From IMG/VR virus record IMGVR_UViG_3300035670_000153, positions 1-64,000 of that record: a DNA stretch of 64,000 bases; one strand, written 5' to 3'. The number at the start of each line of letters is the position of its first letter. Position 1 is the stretch's first letter. The position numbers and the translations under genes were made by a program. The DNA is from a virus. Shown one piece after another: positions 10,109 through 20,571 of this stretch. The notes under the pieces are model-generated. The model was not told the origin of the DNA, did not search any database, and saw only the letters and a program-made list of their open reading frames with translations.

Positions 10109-10921
10109 CTAATCTAATTTTATTAATTTTTTATGTTCCCAATTATTCAATATGCTATCTGTAGTAAATATTTGAGATATTAAATCAGTTTTTAATAACT
10201 CCCCTTGATATATTGAATTTTCACAATGTGAAACGTACAAATATACATCATTAACACCTTGTTCTTTTAATTTCTCTGCTGACTTATAAAATGTAAATCC
10301 TTTTGAGCATAAATCATCAATAATCAATACATTTTTACCTTTAATATCTTCTGGTACATCTACTAATTCATATTCAATAATATCTCCTGTTTGTAAATCA
10401 CGTTTTTTATTACCATAGAAATATTTGGTGTTATTTGGTAATTTTAAAATTTCACTATACCTTTTACAAGCACCATTATCTGGGTAAAAAACATAATCAA
10501 TATCTTTGATACCAAAAATTGTCTTAATATATCTATTAAAATCTATTTCTACACATCTATCTAATAATGCAATAGATACATTTGAGTGAGGGTCTAATAC
10601 AGTAACTTTATTAAATTCTAATTTATTAATTAATTTACAAAAATATTTTAAAGTAAACATATAACCTTCTATTTTTCTATCCATTCTTGAATACGGTATG
10701 TATCTCATAATTAAATCAATTTTAGGATTGCTGAATGTGTCTTTTAAAAATTCTGTAGCCATAATTAATCTTGTAATATCCCCATCATAACTATATACAA
10801 AATTAATCATAAAATAATTATCTCTTACATTAAGTGCTTTTCGTAATTCATCTGTTTTAAATATTCTTTCGTTATTAGGAAAACAATCTAATCCTATCTC
10901 AACTCCATTTATTGAAACCAT
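10109..10921 (-). CDS. ribose-phosphate pyrophosphokinase homolog (NARP1 Adps-like)
   Basis: FPNNE, YIPYSRMDR, DPHS, PDNGA.KR, K.RD..TG, IIDDLCSKGFTF, YVSH, TTDS. Confidence 0.9.
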   Translation of the reverse strand: MVSINGVEIGLDCFPNNERIFKTDELRKALNVRDNYFMINFVYSYDGDITRLIMATEFLKDTFSNPKIDLIMRYIPYSRMDRKIEGYMFTLKYFCKLINKLEFNKVTVLDPHSNVSIALLDRCVEIDFNRYIKTIFGIKDIDYVFYPDNGACKRYSEILKLPNNTKYFYGNKKRDLQTGDIIEYELVDVPEDIKGKNVLIIDDLCSKGFTFYKSAEKLKEQGVNDVYLYVSHCENSIYQGELLKTDLISQIFTTDSILNNWEHKKLIKLD

Positions 10922-11086
10922 ATTATCACTCCTATTAATATATTTTGTATTACAATTAATTTTAACACCTCCTACTTATAATGTCAAGTATTATTTTTTA
11001 TTTACTATATTTTAAAAAATAATAAATTACCATACGTCATTGAAAGACGTTTAATTAAGTAGAAGGTGTTTTATATTATTGTTATT

Positions 11087-11644
11087 TTAATAATCAGATG
11101 GCAAGCTCCAAGACTCAACTAATCTTCTTGGTAGTTTTGATTGATGAACAGCAATTGTAGGTTCATAATACATAATTTCAGGTTTACCTGTTTCTTCATT
11201 AATTAACATTAGCCAAGTTGCACTAACACCATTTGATGTAAATAATCCATTTGGGTCAGCTTGTGGTAAAACATATGGATTTAATGCATCATATTCTCCA
11301 CCATCAACAAAATCTACTTTTTCAGGATTTGTATACTGTGTTGAATAGGGGAGTCCAAATCCCATACATCTACCTATATATACAAATTTTCCATTTAAAT
11401 TTTGACTATAAGCATAAGTTATTAATTTACTATTATCTCTTAATTCAAATATTTCTTTAGCCATTTTTTTCTCATAGAATTCTTTTATATCTGGCATTCC
11501 AATTTGATTGTTCATTTCGTTCATTATTTTCTTTGTAGTTTGTGCTTGTTGTACTTCTGAATCAACTGCAACTGTTGTTGTGCCATCACATCCAACTATA
11601 AATAATATTCCAATCACCATTACCAATAAAATTAATTTCTTCAT
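11087..11644 (-). CDS. lipoprotein
   Basis: MKK + hydrophobic stretch + IVGC lipobox. Confidence 0.75.
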   Translation of the reverse strand: MKKLILLVMVIGILFIVGCDGTTTVAVDSEVQQAQTTKKIMNEMNNQIGMPDIKEFYEKKMAKEIFELRDNSKLITYAYSQNLNGKFVYIGRCMGFGLPYSTQYTNPEKVDFVDGGEYDALNPYVLPQADPNGLFTSNGVSATWLMLINEETGKPEIMYYEPTIAVHQSKLPRRLVESWSLPSDY

Positions 11645-11656
11645 TATTATTCCTCC

Positions 11657-11992
11657 TTAGAATCCTCTTATTTGTATTAAAAATTGTTTTAAACCAGAAC
11701 TTTCAATATTACTACTATCAAAATTAGCAAATTTATCTCTTATTAAATTAGCAATTGCCATTTTTGCAACTTCATCGGTTTCCATTTCATATTCATACTT
11801 ATATTTACTTAAATCTGAAATCATACCCTCTATATAACTTTTATTCTCTTTGAATATCTCTCTTTGGATATTTGCTTTACGAACTCCAAAGAATTCATAA
11901 AATTTTAAATCCAATAATCCACTTCCAAACGCAATACCAATTAATAAAGCTATAATTAATATTGTAATTCCAATAATTTTCATAATATGCAT
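11657..11992 (-). CDS. membrane-anchored hypothetical protein
   Basis: N-terminal TM helix. Confidence 0.7.
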   Translation of the reverse strand: MHIMKIIGITILIIALLIGIAFGSGLLDLKFYEFFGVRKANIQREIFKENKSYIEGMISDLSKYKYEYEMETDEVAKMAIANLIRDKFANFDSSNIESSGLKQFLIQIRGF

Positions 11993-12045
11993 TGTGTTTT
12001 CTCCTTTTTATTTTTGGTTTATTATATATTTTAAAAATCTAAATT

Positions 12046-12747
12046 TTATCTTCTAAATAATCTATTCAATAATCCATTATTATTTATTTTTTCTTCTTTA
12101 AAATTTTCTAAAAAAGAAGGAAATTCATTTAGCAAATCATTATATAATTCTTCATCTGACATATTTGATAAATCATTTACATTGAAAAAATCAGCATTAT
12201 CATTTATTCTCCCACTCATGTTATCTAATTTCTTTAAGAAATCAAATTCTTCACTTCCAATACCTATAAATTGCCAAAATATTTTTTGATTTGATGATTG
12301 TTTAAGTATGATTTCTGTTTCATGTTTATCTGTATTATCTCCGTCTGTAATAAAAATATTAAAAACAGGTATTGTAGTATTTTTATGTTGATTAAGAATT
12401 GCTTCAATTACAGGACTATAACTTGTCCCTCCCTTAACATATCCTGTATCTACAATTTTACTTTTAACATATCCTTCATAGTTATCAAGTTTTACTGGTT
12501 CTAATCTTGAATAATTATAATTGAAAATATACATATCTAATTCTTTATCATCATCAAACACACTTGCTAACGGATAAATACGTTCTACAACATCTTGCAT
12601 TTTACCACTTATATATCTGTTATGCATACTTCCAGAAACATCTAAAATTAAATTCACTTTTGCAATTATATTTGTTTCAGGTTTAAATTTTTTCTTTAGA
12701 CATATTTTTACTTTTTCTTCTCTTTCTTTGATTAAATTTATGCTCAT
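12046..12747 (-). CDS. vWA (MIDAS) domain protein, Ter-associated vWA-like
   Basis: LDVSGSM, GGTSY, FITDG, FWQFIGIG, DNADF. Confidence 0.8.
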   Translation of the reverse strand: MSINLIKEREEKVKICLKKKFKPETNIIAKVNLILDVSGSMHNRYISGKMQDVVERIYPLASVFDDDKELDMYIFNYNYSRLEPVKLDNYEGYVKSKIVDTGYVKGGTSYSPVIEAILNQHKNTTIPVFNIFITDGDNTDKHETEIILKQSSNQKIFWQFIGIGSEEFDFLKKLDNMSGRINDNADFFNVNDLSNMSDEELYNDLLNEFPSFLENFKEEKINNNGLLNRLFRR

Positions 12748-12765
12748 TTTATCTTCTCCTTTTTA

Positions 12766-15700
12766 TTATTTCCTGCCTATTATTAATGCTGAAAAAGTTG
12801 TTGATACAACATATCCTGATGATGATGATGTTGAATATTGAATTTCTACATCACATCCTTTCTTTTGAAGTTCTACAATGTCGGTGTTTAATTTGCTTTG
12901 AAATTCTTTAATATCTATACTTGAAATTACACTTGTAGCATTTATTTGTTTCAAAATTAACCACTCCTTTTATTTATTATTTTCATTCAATCTATCAATT
13001 GCTTTTTCTAATTTATTCCATGCTTTTACTACCTCATCATTTTGTTTTTTATTAGCTAAATATTTTAATTGCACAGCGTTTTGTATTAATCTAATAATTT
13101 GAGTTAATATTAATATAGTAATCATAATTGTAAAATATATATTCATTTACTATTACTCACCTTCTAATTCTAGTTTATTTTTTAAAATAGTTATTTGATT
13201 TTTTATAAAATCTATAAATTGTTCTCTAATTTCTGAGTTTAAAAAATCATAAACATTATCAGGTGTTTCAATCTTCATCCATTTCACTCTTTCTCCATTA
13301 TTATGATTATTTAAAAATTCCTCCATTTCTTTTAATGATTTTAATGAATAAAAATTTTCCTCAATTAATGTACGCTTATCAATCATATTTACCCTCTCTT
13401 CATTTAATATTTTCATTTGTTCATTTAATCTTTTGAATAATTCTAACCATTTGTCATCTTCTGCATAAAATAAGTTTTCTTTTTTCTCTCGTGCATATTT
13501 ATCAAATTCTCTACCAATTATGTAATATAGTTGACCAAATCTTAAATCTTGATTAGATTTCCAAAATGTATTTAGTTCTTTAATTATTGGGTCTATTCGA
13601 TTTATATCTCGCATAATTAACCTCCAATTAATTTTTATTTATTGATTTATTTAATCTATTTATGATTATGCCTCCAATAACTAAATTAACACCCATATTT
13701 AACAAATCATAATCATTATTACTTAATCCAATAAAATTAAGTATGATACCTATCATAGTTAATATAGCTCCCATATAACACACCCCTTATATAAATTTTT
13801 TCAATATAGAATCAATTAATGCTATTATAAACACTATTATGAATACGCTTATAATTATTCCTGTAGATATCCATATTGGGCTTAATACCCACCACCATGA
13901 CCAATCAATATTATTAGTTAATTTTAATACTATAAATATTATTGTTAATAATCCTGATAGACTACTTTTATTATTATTGGTGTTAGTGTTAGTATTATTA
14001 GTATTATTTGGGGATTCTGTATTTGTATTATTTGTAATATTTTCCATGTGTCCTCCTTTACCTATATTATTTTTATTATTGATAATTTTCTTCTAAATAT
14101 TTTTCATATTCTTTAATTAATAAATTATATATTTCAATATTATTTTTTACTATTTTAGTATATTTAGATTGTTCATATCCATTTTTTATTCTATTGTCAC
14201 TGATTTTATCTATTTTTATAAATTCACACAAATCAAATTTTAATATTGATATTGTTGTTATTATAATTGATTTAGGTATCATTTTACACCATTACTTTCT
14301 AATTTAATACATTCAATATTTTTGATATCATAATAATTTGGTTCTAGATTGTGTTTTTTTATCCATCCATGAAATACTAAATTTAAAGCATTAGATAATT
14401 CTTTAACTTGTTCATCAGGTAAATCTAAAAGATAATCTTCTAATTCACATTCTCCTATTTCATCATTTACTTGATTATTAACATCTTCTAATATACTATC
14501 AACATCTATTGCATTTTCACTTAGTTCTCTATGTATTACAAATCCTATAAAGATATGTTTTATATCAGCATCATTATCTATGTAATATTCTTTACCTGCT
14601 CTTATAGCATCTATTTTTGTAGGATATACATCGCATACATTTTCCCAATAATCCTTATTATTACTAAACGTCCATCCATTCATATTTATTCTCCATTCAG
14701 CATATTATTTAACAGTATTATATACTACTATTGTCATTGCCATCATACAAATAATCATATATATAATTGCACTTTTATTTTTACCTTTTTCGGTTAACAC
14801 AGTTCCTATTCCTATGCATATAAAACAACTAATTAATAAAATCAAATCTAACATTATATTTTCTCCAATCATTTTTTATATTTTCTCCAATCACTTGTTT
14901 GTTTTCTATAATTAAAGTATAAACTAAATCCAATCATTTGTCAATACATTAACTTAAATAATTTTTATTTAGTTTATACTTTTTGTTTTAATGTTTAATC
15001 TTTCTTTTTATCCATTTAATACTAATATCTCCAACACTATATGCGAATATTAATAATAGAACTAATGCAACACTTATTATTAATGTTGGTATAAACGATA
15101 TATTTAAAGCCAAGTAACCAATGCCCAAAGTTAAACTAACTAATATTGAAACTAAAATGATTCCCCATAAAATAGTTCCTATGCTACATAATAATTTCAT
15201 AAATCCTCTTTTTCATAATAACCTTTTATTACCCATTTACCTCGTAATTCATCTAATGTCATATTCTTAAAATTTCTATTATAAGTTTTATTTGTAACTA
15301 AAGAAATACAATCATCTTCATCTAATATGGTGTTAGAATATACATAAATAATTTCAGAAATATCAAATTCTTTTAATTTTTGTTTTGGTTTTATGATTTC
15401 CCATGTTTCATTTTTTAATTCTAAGAATATTAATACTTCATTATCTTCACACCAACGTATAGTATAAGATTCACCTGTTTTAGCAACATATACTTCTGCC
15501 CCTTTATTATTTTTAGCTTTCAATTTTTTATTATTAAGCAGTTCCTTTGCCATTTCTAATCTATTCATGTTATTATTCACTCCTTATCATATGTTAATAT
15601 TATAAATAATTCTACCATATATTCCTCGTAATTAATTTTGCCTGTTAAATATTTACGTTGAACTTTGTCTGATTCTTCATTTGGTATGAACCCATTGCTT

Positions 15701-16097
15701 AAAAGGTCATAATTAAAATATTCTATAATTGTTTCTATTTCTTGATATGTAAATTTATTTAATTTTCTAATGTTATCAAATTCTACAAATCTAATATTGC
15801 TATGTATTTGTTGAATTATTTTAAATATTATAATCAGAACACATAAAACTAACATAAAAACTAACAATATATTACCTACTTTCTATAAATAAAATTTTCT
15901 ACTATTTTGAATTCATTACAATATGTACCTGCTTTATTTCCTTTACATTTACCAATATCTTTTTGACAATATTCGCATTCTTCAAAATTCTGAGTGATAT
16001 TATATTCTCGATTTGTATTAGGATAAATAATAATTTCTCCATTTATTCTTTCAAAGTAATTCCTTATGGCAGTGTTTTTCTTTTCATTCATAACCAT
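12766..16097 (-). other. cluster of small hypothetical CDS (12766-12954, 13153-13614, 13787-14047, 14076-14282, 14279-14683, 14988-15200, 15197-15580, 15577-15867, 15876-16097), several membrane proteins
   Basis: tightly packed minus-strand ORFs with GGAG SDs and ATGA overlaps. Confidence 0.65.
14916..14944 (-). promoter_or_regulatory. sigma-A promoter, duplicated at 28374-28402
   Basis: TTGACA-17 nt-TATACT. Confidence 0.8.
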
Positions 16098-16247
16098 TTT
16101 TAATACACTCCTTTTTAGTTTTTAGTTTTTATTTTGGATTTATTTATTTACCTTACAATATAATAATATACTAAATAAATTACAATGTCAATAGTTATTT
16201 TAAAATAATTATTATTTGTTATCTATTTAGTATATTATTTTAATTTA

Positions 16248-16913
16248 TTATAATTCTATAATCCTATCATATAATACGGTATGTTTATCATCTATTCTTT
16301 TATCCATATGAAAATGACCAAAATACCAGTGTTTATAATTTAATCTACTTTCTAAATCATCAAAGAAAGTATTGAGCTTTTCATCTTGTGGAATGAATCC
16401 GAATAAATGAATTAAATTTGTTGTAGTTGTATGAGTTAATACATAATCAACTTTCCAATTATTATTATTTAAATTGAGTATAGCTTCATCATATTCTTTT
16501 TGATTAGGTAATTCATCTTCCCACCAACTAACATTTTTTACTCTATACTTTCTATCTATTGAATAAGCTCCACCCATTGTAAAAAATTTCTTATTTTCTA
16601 TGGTAAATATTTGACCTCTCATAAGATGATATATTGATTTTGATATTTTATGTATTTTACCACCATTCCAAAGATGTATTGGATATTTGTTTATTTCAGG
16701 CATTCGTTCATGATTCCCATCTACAAATAATGTTGTATAGGGTTGTTTATTTAAAAAAGATTGTATAAATTTATCATTTTTACCTTTATCCCATACCCCT
16801 CCAAAATCACCACATATAATTAGATAATCTTTTTTTGTTAATCCTTCTGTATTCAATTTATTTAACTTATCATAATCAATTACTCCATGTAAATCACCTG
16901 TAACAAATATCAT
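16248..16913 (-). CDS. calcineurin-like metallophosphoesterase
   Basis: GDLHG, CGDFG, DGNHE, GGAYSID, LTHT, WYFGHFH. Confidence 0.9.
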   Translation of the reverse strand: MIFVTGDLHGVIDYDKLNKLNTEGLTKKDYLIICGDFGGVWDKGKNDKFIQSFLNKQPYTTLFVDGNHERMPEINKYPIHLWNGGKIHKISKSIYHLMRGQIFTIENKKFFTMGGAYSIDRKYRVKNVSWWEDELPNQKEYDEAILNLNNNNWKVDYVLTHTTTTNLIHLFGFIPQDEKLNTFFDDLESRLNYKHWYFGHFHMDKRIDDKHTVLYDRIIEL

Positions 16914-16923
16914 ATTTATCTCC

Positions 16924-17559
16924 TTATTTTTTTAAAATAAAATTTAATTCTTCATCTGTCCATGCAGATTTTTGTGTTGTACCACTATATGATTTAGCAA
17001 ATTTATTATATATTAACATTTTAGATACAGATATTAATTCATTATCACTAGGTCTAATAAAACATACATCTGCTAAATATCTACCAAATTTATCAGTAGA
17101 TTTTATAGTGGTTACATATAATTCTCTATTTTTTAATATATCAGATAATACATTTTTTATATATAACCCTGTTTCTTTTTCTAGTTTATTTGTGGTTCTT
17201 GTTTCAGGTGTATCAATCCCTACTAATCTTACTCTTTGTATTATACTAATATCAAATCCTAAATCAATTGAAATATCTAGTGTATCTCCATCTATCATAT
17301 TAATTAGTTTTGCCTTATAATTATACAAATTTTTATCTATTTTAAATTCAATATTTGGAATTTCTTTATTGTCTTCATTAAACATAATTTTATTTTCATC
17401 TATATTATTCCATTGTTTTATTAAAGATTCTTTTGATGACAAGCCTCCTATTATAAATCCACATGACTTACATTGTAAAAAACTTTTTAAAATATCATCA
17501 GGATAATAATATGTGTAGATATTATCACTATTACATTTTTTACATGATTTAAGTTCCAT
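16924..17559 (-). CDS. Zn-ribbon fused to thermonuclease (SNase-like) domain
   Basis: CKKC..CKSC N-terminus; IDGDT, VRLVGIDTPE, DKFGRYLA. Confidence 0.85.
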   Translation of the reverse strand: MELKSCKKCNSDNIYTYYYPDDILKSFLQCKSCGFIIGGLSSKESLIKQWNNIDENKIMFNEDNKEIPNIEFKIDKNLYNYKAKLINMIDGDTLDISIDLGFDISIIQRVRLVGIDTPETRTTNKLEKETGLYIKNVLSDILKNRELYVTTIKSTDKFGRYLADVCFIRPSDNELISVSKMLIYNKFAKSYSGTTQKSAWTDEELNFILKK

Positions 17560-17586
17560 ATAAAATACTCCTCCTTAATTTATTAA

Positions 17587-18188
17587 TTATTCTATGTTAA
17601 AATGTTTTTCAATATGAGAAGTCAATCTTTTTTTCATTTTACTTTTTACTTCTTTTTTAATTTCATCAATTATTTCTATATAAGATTCTTGTATTAAATC
17701 TTCTATATCTGATGGATTTACTAAATATCTATCATATCTTTCTAAGTCGTTTTTAAATTGTCCAATAATAATATTTTTCATTGCATTTTTTATATGATTT
17801 AAATCTTCACTTGTAAATATGGTTTTTATATCTCCAAAATTATTATTCATTTAGCTCCTCCATTTTAATAATATGTGCTTATTACTAATGTTTTAAATTC
17901 TTCTGACATATAAGTATCTGTCTTAGCAATAAACACATTATTCCCATTTTCATCACTATATCTAACATCATTATCAAATATCCTAAATAAATCATCTTTC
18001 CTTAAATCTTTAAAATTAATAATCTCCCATTTTTTACAATCCTTATTAAATAATTCATATCTTCTTCCTATAGATATTTTATTAATTTGTGGGAATTTAT
18101 GTTTACATTTTTCACACCATATACTCCTAATATTGGGATTACATTCACACATAATCATATTCCTCCTTATTTTATAATAAACATTCAA
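17587..18188 (-). other. two hypothetical CDS (17587-17850, 17865-18188)
   Basis: ORF track. Confidence 0.6.
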
Positions 18189-18978
18189 TGTACAATTTGT
18201 CTTGCGTAAATACAGGTATTTCTTTATCTATAATCCACTTAGAGCGAACTGTATCACCTTTATAATAGTTTCTTTTAATAATACAGCTTCCTCGTTTTTT
18301 ATAAGTTTCTACATCATTAAAATTAATCCCTTTTTCTATAAATAATTTATCTTGTAATTTATCACAAGATAATCCTTGTAATTGTTTGTGACTAAAATTG
18401 GCTTGTGCTAACATTTGGATTGAATTTCTTGTGGCATCTTGTTGTCTCCAAATGAAGTAGTTAGCTACCTCTTCTTTTGGTATAATAAATGCTCTGCTAT
18501 CAAACAATGCAGTTCCTATTTTCTTATAGTAAATATCAGCAAACTTTTTTATTTCAGGATTTATAAACTCGGAGTATTTTTCATCTACTCCTTTATTTTG
18601 ATAATCCCATACATTTAGTCCAAATGATTTGTTAAATCCCATAGTAGCTATACTTGCAGATACGCTTACCATTTTTTGAATATTTTTATTGAACCATGCA
18701 TCAGTCGTAATCGTGTCATCATCGGTAAATAAAAGAGAGATTTCATCTGATTGGACATACGCAATTTTACAGCCTTGTATTCTCTCACATAGCTCTTTAG
18801 CTGTTTCTTGCATTGTATTAATTAAAACTTCATCAAAAGGTTTTTGAAACCCTTTAGTAAAGGTATGGAATGCTTTTCCGTCAATTCTTATAATTACTGG
18901 AATTCTTCTTGTTAAAAATATTCTGCTTATATCTTCATATTTTTTCATTCTATCCCCTAAAGAATCATTTTTATTCAT
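18172..18978 (-). CDS. Thg1-like protein (tRNA-His guanylyltransferase / 3'-5' polymerase)
   Basis: LGDRMK.YE, RIDGKAFHTFT, YVQSDEISL, FDSR, YFIWRQQDATRNSI, KRG. Confidence 0.92.
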   Translation of the reverse strand: MNKNDSLGDRMKKYEDISRIFLTRRIPVIIRIDGKAFHTFTKGFQKPFDEVLINTMQETAKELCERIQGCKIAYVQSDEISLLFTDDDTITTDAWFNKNIQKMVSVSASIATMGFNKSFGLNVWDYQNKGVDEKYSEFINPEIKKFADIYYKKIGTALFDSRAFIIPKEEVANYFIWRQQDATRNSIQMLAQANFSHKQLQGLSCDKLQDKLFIEKGINFNDVETYKKRGSCIIKRNYYKGDTVRSKWIIDKEIPVFTQDKLYIECLL

Positions 18979-19151
18979 CGTATTTTTGCACCTCCTATTT
19001 TATATAAATTATTTTTTATTACAATATTATATTAACACATAAATCCATAAAGGTCAAGTATAATAATATGAATTTATTATTAAAAAATTAAAAGCTATAG
19101 AGGTATTATTATAAATACCTTTATAGCTCTATCATTATTTTTATATTTTTA

Positions 19152-20483
19152 TTATGTATTTAATTCATAATGCTTCTTAATTACATTATGATATTTATTA
19201 TATAAATAAGATTTACTATCAAATGTATCAGTCTCTTGTGTATCAATAACAAACATATTATAATTGTTAACTTTGTAATCACGTACAATGCCATCTTTTA
19301 ATATAAGTTGTTGTTTAAATACTTGATAGTTGACTTGATGATGCCATCTATTAAATTTCCAAACAACTTTAGCAACATCAGGATGCATATCTTCTAACAT
19401 CTTTGATTTAGGATAAGTTCCTTCATGAGAATAAAATTCTTCTGTATTACCTCCTTCTATTTTTTGAGTAGTGCATTTACCCGCTAGAAAAGCATTGAAT
19501 TGGACTGTACACCATCCATCTTTTAATGCTCTAATACTTAAATCAGTATCTTCATTATACCTACCTCTCCATCTATAAGGGATATCATTTCTTATCAATA
19601 AAAAAGAATATATTCGTGTATTTAAAACGAATGCAGGTGTTTTGTCAGACATTTTACAAAACATAGAATAGTTTAATCCTGCTATTGCTAAATTTTCATA
19701 CCTATCCACAAAATCTTCACATGCAGAGAATATAGCTCCTGTTCTACATTTTTGTTTCATATTATTATTCATATAATGGAATCCTTCTAACGCATTATCA
19801 TCAAATACCCAATGCCATTCATGTCCATTAAGTATTGAATGCTCCCAACAAAAATTTCTAGCAGCTCCTGGACCGCATGACTTTGAATTACCTAAATCAT
19901 CAAAAGTATCATAATCATCTTTATATTTCATATCAAGCTCTAGAATTGTGGCATATTTATTTTGCACATTCTCTTGATACTTATTAAAATCAGATGGTTC
20001 TACAACTACAAAATGTTTAACTTCCATTTGTGATAAGTATCTAGATGTGTAACACTTATTACTCCTACCTTTACTAACTATATATATCGGATATCTATTT
20101 TCATTATAATTTCCAAGAACTCTTAATGAAGAATGTTTACCTGCTATAAGTTTAGGATACCAAACACTAGTTGTCTTTTCAGATATGTTTTGGTCAAATA
20201 TTTCTTGAGCTAACTGTAAATCTTCTGAGTTAAATATAAAATTAATTTTAGCATACGGTTCTTGTTTGTTAGAGATATATTCTGGCATATTAAACCATTC
20301 TTTTTGCCATTGTTCTTTTGATACCTTTTTATTTAAAGTCCTTTTTTTTTCTTTAAACTCATGGGTATGGATATTAAATTCTGTCATACTCGAGTTTAGC
20401 ATAATATTATTCCGTTTGGAAAACTCATTCAAATCATTTTCATTTTCAAATCTACAAATAATAATATTTCTCATAAGACACAT
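19152..20483 (-). CDS. GT-A fold glycosyltransferase (TET-associated/GREB1-like family) with N-terminal extension
   Basis: YPIYIVSKGR, VVEP, GPGAARNF.W, HWVFDDN, RIYS..LI, WRGRYNEDTDLS, GGNT. Confidence 0.7.
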   Translation of the reverse strand: MCLMRNIIICRFENENDLNEFSKRNNIMLNSSMTEFNIHTHEFKEKKRTLNKKVSKEQWQKEWFNMPEYISNKQEPYAKINFIFNSEDLQLAQEIFDQNISEKTTSVWYPKLIAGKHSSLRVLGNYNENRYPIYIVSKGRSNKCYTSRYLSQMEVKHFVVVEPSDFNKYQENVQNKYATILELDMKYKDDYDTFDDLGNSKSCGPGAARNFCWEHSILNGHEWHWVFDDNALEGFHYMNNNMKQKCRTGAIFSACEDFVDRYENLAIAGLNYSMFCKMSDKTPAFVLNTRIYSFLLIRNDIPYRWRGRYNEDTDLSIRALKDGWCTVQFNAFLAGKCTTQKIEGGNTEEFYSHEGTYPKSKMLEDMHPDVAKVVWKFNRWHHQVNYQVFKQQLILKDGIVRDYKVNNYNMFVIDTQETDTFDSKSYLYNKYHNVIKKHYELNT

Positions 20484-20571
20484 CCTTTTTTTTATTTTTT
20501 TAATCTTAATACTATAATAACCTATAAAAATAAAAAAGTCAAGTTTTATACTTAACTTTTTTATTTATTTT

